The position numbers and the translations under genes are program-made. The notes below the pieces were generated by a model that was not told the origin of the DNA, did not search any database, and saw only the letters and a list, made by a program, of their open reading frames with translations. This document shows positions 58,091-64,000 of a stretch of DNA of 64,000 nt, piece by piece; the stretch's first letter is position 1, and every line of letters begins with the position of its first letter. Origin of the DNA: a virus. The DNA lies in the IMG/VR virus record IMGVR_UViG_3300045988_132920. One strand, given 5' to 3'.

Positions 58091-58229
58091 TGAAACATAC
58101 TATTGTAACACAAAAAACTCATTTGTCAAGAGTATGTTAAGAAATATTAAATGTTGAAACAAGGGGTTGACAGGTAAGTTTATTAGTGCTATAATAAGGG
58201 AGTGATAGATAACGAAAGGGAATAAACAA

Positions 58230-58895
58230 ATGAAAAACTTAAACAACATGACAACAGAGGAAATTCAAGACACTATTTGGGAAGTACTTGAAAGTAAATC
58301 AGGTGAGGAAGTCTTAAGAGCTTTTACTAACTGGCATGGAACTCAACTTCTTACAGGGGAATTCCTAGAAGCATTGTCAGATGACGGAATGACAGATGAG
58401 GAATACGGATATTTTGATGATGAAGAAGATGAAGAAATCGAAGAAGACGATGATGACAGTGATGAGGACACTAAAGAATTCCTTGATACTTTAACTGATG
58501 ATGAGCTTGAAGAAGTACATTCAAAAGTAGTTAAGTTATATGAAACACTTGCAAAGTTAGCTACTGATAGTTCAGCAAAGGAAACACAACACGGGCAAGT
58601 AGACCATGTAAGATGTGCTTTTAAAGCTCTTGTTAGCTTGTACAATGGTGAATACACAGATATGCTTAGTGAAAACCACTACATGGACATAAGACTAAAC
58701 ATAGCACCTATACATGATGTGCTAATTACATTAACTGCACTACCAAATAAAAGACCTTATATAAATGTTAATCAATGGGTGGACTACAAAGACGGAACTG
58801 CTATATACTTAGGTGAAGTTGAAAGGCAATGCAAGTTAAGACTTGGTAAAGAATTCCCTGATAAAATAGGTTATTGGGGAATAGGGCAGAACTAA
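58230..58895 (+). CDS. Early-region protein with an extended acidic D/E tract, 221 aa.
   Basis: Cassette promoter plus leader gataacgaaagggaataaacaaATG. Tract DEEYGYFDDEEDEEIEEDDDDSDEDTKEF. Confidence 0.6.
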   Translation: MKNLNNMTTEEIQDTIWEVLESKSGEEVLRAFTNWHGTQLLTGEFLEALSDDGMTDEEYGYFDDEEDEEIEEDDDDSDEDTKEFLDTLTDDELEEVHSKVVKLYETLAKLATDSSAKETQHGQVDHVRCAFKALVSLYNGEYTDMLSENHYMDIRLNIAPIHDVLITLTALPNKRPYINVNQWVDYKDGTAIYLGEVERQCKLRLGKEFPDKIGYWGIGQN

Positions 58896-59266
58896 ATTCC
58901 CTATCGTATCACAAAAGAAGCTACTCTTGCAGATGATTGCAAGGGTAGCTTTAGTATGTATGGTAGCCTACACCCAACCACTCGCACGCCGCTAAATGGC
59001 TATAACCCTTGCTACACAATGGTTTGAGATAGATTGATTGAGGGTGTTAAGTTTTGTGAAATTCTGAAAATTTTTACTTGACATTTTTGTGATTTATGAT
59101 ACAATAGTATACCTCACGCAGTAAAATACTATTGTATCACATGACACACATTTTGTCAACCCTTACATTGTAAATTTTTATTAACTTTATTAAATCGTAG
59201 GGGTTGACATTAAACTTTTTTAGTGCTATAATAAGGGAGTGATAGATAACGAAAGGGAACAAACAA

Positions 59267-59785
59267 ATGACAAGAAAAACTTTAGATGTAGCATTAGACT
59301 TTGTAAATCAAGAACAGGATTATGGTAAAGGGTCATCAGTACACTACAATGGGCATTTATTTTACAGTTACGCAACAGTAGTTGCACAGATTGTAAAGGG
59401 TAAAGACAATGGAACATATTGTCTATTGAGCAATAACAATATGAGCATGATTACTTCAAAACATTTGGGAAACCTTGTTTCAGCTTGTATTAGAACAAAC
59501 ACACCTATTATCCGTGTAGCTTGCGACTGGTACGACCGTTATGAAGTTACACCAACAGAGTATGCTAATAGGCAAATAAAAGACCTTAATTACTATGTAG
59601 AGAATAAGGACATTTTAACTAAAAAGCCTAACAGAACAGAGTTTATCAGTATTTATGTAAATACACAGGAACTAATTGAAACATTAGAACTTGATATTAA
59701 AATTCCTCAAGAAATAACAGACTTATATAACAACTTGTTTAATGTAGAGTTTGTGAAATCACTAAGAAAACGCAAGGTAGCCTAG
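59267..59785 (+). CDS. Early-region hypothetical protein, 172 aa.
   Basis: Cassette promoter and leader gataacgaaagggaacaaacaaATG. Confidence 0.6.
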   Translation: MTRKTLDVALDFVNQEQDYGKGSSVHYNGHLFYSYATVVAQIVKGKDNGTYCLLSNNNMSMITSKHLGNLVSACIRTNTPIIRVACDWYDRYEVTPTEYANRQIKDLNYYVENKDILTKKPNRTEFISIYVNTQELIETLELDIKIPQEITDLYNNLFNVEFVKSLRKRKVA

Positions 59786-59841
59786 AAATAGGCTACTATG
59801 CCAACGAGTAGTAAATACACATAATTGTAAAGGATAATAAA

Positions 59842-60702
59842 ATGAAGGTATTAGTAAAACAAGAATTAACTAACAGAGATTTTCAAAAGGAACTATTTGA
59901 AAAGAACGGCATAATAACACTTGCACATAACACAGATAACTTAGAATTATTTGTGCCAACATCTTGGGTAAGTGGTGAAACATTAACACACTTATCAATG
60001 AGTGGTAGAGCCTTTTCAGAGATTAAGTACTCAAAAGATGATAATAAAATTCAAGTAGACAGGCATAACCACTCATGCTCAACACCACATGATTTTGAGT
60101 TTGAACTTAATAAGATTACAACATGGATTGGTCAGACAATTCTACCAGTATATAAAGATTTATCAATAGGTAAGTTGTACTCGCTATATGTAATGTACAC
60201 TATTAACAGAGCTTTGTTTGATAACACTAGAACACAGGATGAGGGTTTGATTGAACTAGCACATAAGATTGTACATGCCAGTAACTCAATTTCAGTTGAA
60301 AAAGACATTAACCAAAACGCAGATACAGCAGAACTTGAAAAAGAAGTAGAACAGCACTTCAATAAGATTGCAGAATGTATTTGCTACACCTTAAGAGAAG
60401 ATAGAATTCTAACTGGTAAAGGTAATCCTTTTGTAAACTTCTTCTCAAGATTGTTTCAATCAGATTTCTTTGAAAATTATTCAGAATACACTTACTTATG
60501 TAAGAAACAAGAAATGATTAAAGACATGATTAAGTTTGATTTGATGTTTAGACCTAAGGCAGAAACTACACAGGAAATTATAGACACCTATGCAGACACT
60601 ATTAGGAATACATCATTTAATAAGTTTGAATTTGATTATGTTAAGTTATGCCTAGCAGAGTATATACATAGTACTCATTACATAATGGAGTATAACTTAT
60701 AA
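59842..60702 (+). CDS. Early-region hypothetical protein, 286 aa.
   Basis: RBS aaaggataataaaATG. Terminator 60750-60777. Confidence 0.6.
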   Translation: MKVLVKQELTNRDFQKELFEKNGIITLAHNTDNLELFVPTSWVSGETLTHLSMSGRAFSEIKYSKDDNKIQVDRHNHSCSTPHDFEFELNKITTWIGQTILPVYKDLSIGKLYSLYVMYTINRALFDNTRTQDEGLIELAHKIVHASNSISVEKDINQNADTAELEKEVEQHFNKIAECICYTLREDRILTGKGNPFVNFFSRLFQSDFFENYSEYTYLCKKQEMIKDMIKFDLMFRPKAETTQEIIDTYADTIRNTSFNKFEFDYVKLCLAEYIHSTHYIMEYNL

Positions 60703-60749
60703 AGATTTAATATCTAGTGTTTTGTTCGTGGTTTGTTCATAACAACCTA

Positions 60750-60777
60750 ACCCTCTTAATGAGGGTTTTTCTTTTGT
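60750..60777 (+). terminator. Rho-independent terminator.
   Basis: aaccctc-ttaat-gagggtt then tttcttttg. Confidence 0.65.
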
Positions 60778-61772
60778 AAGAACACAGGAAGCCCCAGTTG
60801 ATTATCCTAAAATCATGATGTGTTGACACATTTAGATTTACATAAAATCGGGTAGGGCTACAATGCAGTAATAGCTTGAAAATTGATTTTTGATGTTTAG
60901 AAAATCCCTAATAGGACTTTTTCAAAATGGGTATGGTAGAAAATTGCTTCAAGTACAGGGTTGACAAAATGATTGTTATGTGGTACAATAGTATGCTACA
61001 CAAGGGATTGACATAATTTGGCTCGTGTGGTACAATAGTATATTTTGCATGGGCATGCCTGTAAACCCTCTCGTAGTCGGTATGCGACAGATTGGGTGAA
61101 TGAGCATTTTGAGCCTACTAGGACACCATTAAAAGCCATTATTGGTCATCAGATGTGTTGTGTGTTGATTGAGCATGTCGACCTCGTCAGAGCCGTTGCA
61201 ATGGCTTTAGGTTTGATAAACAGGGAGAATAGTTGAGCAGAGAGAGTTTGAGAGTGCCGACCCGACCGAAACTACTACAACTACTGGGCGATAGCGAGTG
61301 AGGTTGAGCAGAACGGTGCGTGGGGCAGACGGGGCAAGGCTGTGTTTTAGACACACTCACATTCCCCAAAATTCCCAAACATTTCCCGACCCAAACGCAC
61401 CTCACACCCTCAAACAAAACTTCAAACCCTGTTTCAACTTCCCACAAATTATATTATCTAATGAAGCGGAAACGCAGACACCCCAACACATACCACCGAC
61501 ACAGACGGCTGAAACCCAGACAAAATAGGCGTTCATGGCACTTTCGCACTGTAAACAGTGTTTTATATGCCTAAAAAGCCCTCGTAGTCTACACGACAGC
61601 CTATTCCTAACATCTATTTCATACACTCTCACATATACAAGCCTAAAAACTGGCTATACTGTGTTCTTTTGTAATCCTTTAATACACATACTATACAGAC
61701 CCTCTCATGTAGTAGGGTTGACAAATTACTTTTTTAGTGTTATCATATAAGAGTAAACGAAAGAGGTAACAA

Positions 61773-61970
61773 ATGTATGGTAAAGACATTAACGGTATTG
61801 ACATCAAACTAAATGACATAGTACAAAGTATCAAAAAGAATACTGACTGGAATGACCAGTTAAACAATGACCTTATGACACAAGTTGTAGACAACGAATT
61901 TCAAATTGACAATGACTACATCTATGAAGTAATAGGGAACACTATTGACAATCCCAAACTTACATACTAA
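61773..61970 (+). CDS. Early-region small protein, 65 aa.
   Basis: Cassette promoter (gggttgacaaattacttttttagtgttatcat) and leader gtaaacgaaagaggtaacaaATG. Confidence 0.5.
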   Translation: MYGKDINGIDIKLNDIVQSIKKNTDWNDQLNNDLMTQVVDNEFQIDNDYIYEVIGNTIDNPKLTY

Positions 61971-61985
61971 CAAGGAAGCAAGCAA

Positions 61986-62570
61986 ATGACAGAATTAACA
62001 TATACAGAAGAAAACACATGTACTACAACACTTACAACAGACATCTTAAATGAAAGATACTGTGTTGTTCCTAGTATTGAACAGGAATTACTTGACAAGT
62101 ACAAAGAAAACACTAAAAGAAGAATAGTTGTAAATACTAAAATTAGTACAGATAAGTTTACAATAACAATAAACCCTAGTATAAACAGGCTGTTTCTTAC
62201 TTTTACTCAAAATGATGATGTAGTTATTCTTCAATTATTCATCAAGACAAATGTTGAGCTTGAGTGTGTTGAAGGTCTTATTTTCTCATTCCTTGAGAAC
62301 TGTTTAGACTACTTACACAACCTTGCTAAAAGTCAAACATTATACAGGGCTATATGGAATGCAGACTGTGTTTCAAAATACCCTAATGTTAAAGGACAAG
62401 TTGAAATAATAATTAAAGACCTGTTTACAGGTGATACAGAGTATGGTGTTGATTATTTTGACTTTATTAGCGAAGAAAAAGGTGAGGAATTCTGTAATGA
62501 ATTCAACTCACTTAACATTACTATTATGGAAGACTTTAGAGAATTTTGTAATAAGAGAGGTATTATATAA
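61986..62570 (+). CDS. Early-region hypothetical protein, 194 aa.
   Basis: RBS caaggaagcaagcaaATG. Confidence 0.55.
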   Translation: MTELTYTEENTCTTTLTTDILNERYCVVPSIEQELLDKYKENTKRRIVVNTKISTDKFTITINPSINRLFLTFTQNDDVVILQLFIKTNVELECVEGLIFSFLENCLDYLHNLAKSQTLYRAIWNADCVSKYPNVKGQVEIIIKDLFTGDTEYGVDYFDFISEEKGEEFCNEFNSLNITIMEDFREFCNKRGII

Positions 62571-62791
62571 TGGCACTTACACAAGCATGTATAGATGAAA
62601 TAAAGTTAAATCCTAAAGAATACAGAGCTATATTTGACAAGCATAATAATATGCAAGACAAATACAATAGATTTACTGGAGAGGATTTACTTAATGCACA
62701 AAGGCTTAGTAATAACTGGGAAAAAGAAGTTGAAACCTATGAAGAATACTGGGCTAGAATATATGCTTCTGATATGCTTATTATGAGGTAG
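62570..62791 (+). CDS. Early-region small protein, 73 aa.
   Basis: TAATG overlap coupling. Confidence 0.5.
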   Translation: MALTQACIDEIKLNPKEYRAIFDKHNNMQDKYNRFTGEDLLNAQRLSNNWEKEVETYEEYWARIYASDMLIMR

Positions 62792-62794
62792 TAA

Positions 62795-63025
62795 ATGAAC
62801 GATTATAGATTGAACTTAATACATAAGACAGATAATAAAACATGTGCTAGGACGTTATGTCAAGTAGCATGGTTTAATGCAGTATCAGCTTTTGACACAC
62901 TTAGAACAGCTTATTTACAAGGGTTATTCCCTAGTACTGTTGTAGGAGTTGTATTAGTACACAATAGAACTAACAAGGTTATTAAAGATTGTTCTAAGCT
63001 ACACAATAAACTTATTGACTATTAA
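62795..63025 (+). CDS. Early-region small protein, 76 aa.
   Basis: RBS atgaggtagtaaATG. Confidence 0.45.
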   Translation: MNDYRLNLIHKTDNKTCARTLCQVAWFNAVSAFDTLRTAYLQGLFPSTVVGVVLVHNRTNKVIKDCSKLHNKLIDY

Positions 63026-63160
63026 ACATTCATTCATATATTATTTCTAAAAACTTTCATTCTTATGTCAATCCTCACCTCCTAATATCAAAAGGGTTGA
63101 CATTTCTTTTTGTTAGTGTTATAATAACTATGTAAGCAAACAACGAAAGAGGTAACAATA

Positions 63161-63523
63161 ATGGCTAAGTTAGGTACATTCATAAACGAAGAAACATCTC
63201 GTGAAACACTAATACTTGGAAAGCTAGTTATTAGTGGCTTTAGAGGTGACGGAATAACTTACCCTAAAGGGAAGTACATCTATGAATTCATTAAGTATGA
63301 TAACTGTGTTGTGAACTTCAAAGGGGATAACTTCATCAATTACAGTATTATGTGCTTTATACCTTTAAACTCAAAAACCATTAGAATTGCCGTAGTCAAT
63401 ACTAATCAACCTAATGTAGTAGTAATCAGATTTACTCAAAGGTATGAAACTGTTGCAGATAAGAATAGTATTGTTAAATGGTTTACAGACAGACATATAC
63501 CAGTCTATAAAGTAGAGAACTAG
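63161..63523 (+). CDS. Early-region hypothetical protein, 120 aa.
   Basis: Cassette promoter (gggttgacatttctttttgttagtgttataat) and leader acaacgaaagaggtaacaataATG. Confidence 0.55.
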   Translation: MAKLGTFINEETSRETLILGKLVISGFRGDGITYPKGKYIYEFIKYDNCVVNFKGDNFINYSIMCFIPLNSKTIRIAVVNTNQPNVVVIRFTQRYETVADKNSIVKWFTDRHIPVYKVEN

Positions 63524-63536
63524 AAAGGGTAAACTT

Positions 63537-63932
63537 ATGATACTAATTAAAAGACTTGAATTTACACAAGACAATCAAGGAAGACCTGTAACAGTTGAAA
63601 CTACTGTGTTTCACCTTAGTGTACTTGTAAATGATACAGATAACATGCACACTCATCTAATTGAGGAAAATGTGTTTGAAAACAATGTGTTTAGAGAGCT
63701 TGTGCAAGAGTATATGGAAAACGAAACAGATGAAGTACTATTCTGTACTAGCACTGATGAGGGTGCAGAATTTGAAGTAACAGGAGAAGTATGTCTTGAA
63801 TTCCTTAATAGAATGAAAGCTAAAGGCTACAACCTAGACAATTTGTGGAAAGAGGACGGAGTAACATTTTTGAATAACAAGTTCTTTAATGTTAGCACTC
63901 AACATTATGCCGTTGAAGTTGTTGATTACTAA
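63537..63932 (+). CDS. Early-region hypothetical acidic protein, 131 aa.
   Basis: RBS gaaagggtaaacttATG. Another cassette promoter begins at 63949. Confidence 0.55.
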   Translation: MILIKRLEFTQDNQGRPVTVETTVFHLSVLVNDTDNMHTHLIEENVFENNVFRELVQEYMENETDEVLFCTSTDEGAEFEVTGEVCLEFLNRMKAKGYNLDNLWKEDGVTFLNNKFFNVSTQHYAVEVVDY

Positions 63933-64000
63933 TAAGTAGGGTTGACAAATAACTTTTTTAGTGTTATACTATTCATGTAAGCAAACAACGAAAGAGGTAA

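Noticed and set aside
61045-61750. Cluster of 63-86-aa ORFs in several frames on both strands within the GC-rich block.
   Set aside because: They overlap mutually and lack RBS or leader cassettes. The atypical composition is more consistent with non-coding or degraded sequence than with a gene set.
50640-64000. Possibility that the regularly spaced repeated cassettes form a CRISPR array.
   Set aside because: The repeat units are about 110-bp promoter and leader blocks of variable spacing, separated by protein-coding genes of 0.2-0.9 kb with terminators. There are no short uniform repeats with spacers and no cas genes.

Overview
This window reads as a gene-dense fragment of a large, virulent-type tailed dsDNA phage. 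GC content is low (about 35%). There is no integrase or host housekeeping context. Promoters are sigma70/sigmaA-like (TTGACA-17-TATAAT) and Shine-Dalgarno sites are strong. Layout from left to right: (i) 1-26.4 kb is a late/structural block with several very large tail-fibre or receptor-binding genes. Two carry BspA-type leucine-rich repeats. Two are convergent and carry C-terminal SGNH (GDSL) esterase domains. One holds about 7 tandem 45-nt coding repeats. A RecD-like helicase also sits here. (ii) 26.4-29.7 kb holds a CCA-adding tRNA nucleotidyltransferase (GGxxRD plus HD domain) and an HNH endonuclease, flanking a roughly 600-nt ORF-free transcribed region. (iii) 30.1-38.6 kb is a tRNA island with at least 23 recognisable tRNAs plus aberrant tRNA-like elements. 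It is interleaved with small ORFs that include a T4 Rnl2-family RNA ligase, a DUF488-like protein and two paralogous secreted Cys-peptides. (iv) 38.6-50.3 kb contains a pyruvoyl-type AdoMet decarboxylase, an SPFH/flotillin-like membrane protein, an unambiguous RtcB RNA ligase and a T5orf172-type nuclease-like protein on the opposite strand, next to 34-bp perfect direct repeats. (v) 50.6-64 kb is an early-gene-like array of more than 20 small ORFs. Each sits behind a copy of a highly conserved promoter / 5'-UTR cassette (gggTTGACAt-N17-TATAAT ... aaacgaaaggga) and in front of a rho-independent terminator. A second promoter family (TTGACA-N16-tgaTACAATagtat) occurs on both strands here, including convergent pairs. 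The most notable system-level signal is the co-localised tRNA and RNA-repair toolkit: tRNAs, CCA enzyme, Rnl2-like ligase, RtcB and HNH. The second is the bidirectional promoter-cassette architecture of the early region. All calls come from reading the sequence and ORF track by eye; no database searches were run.
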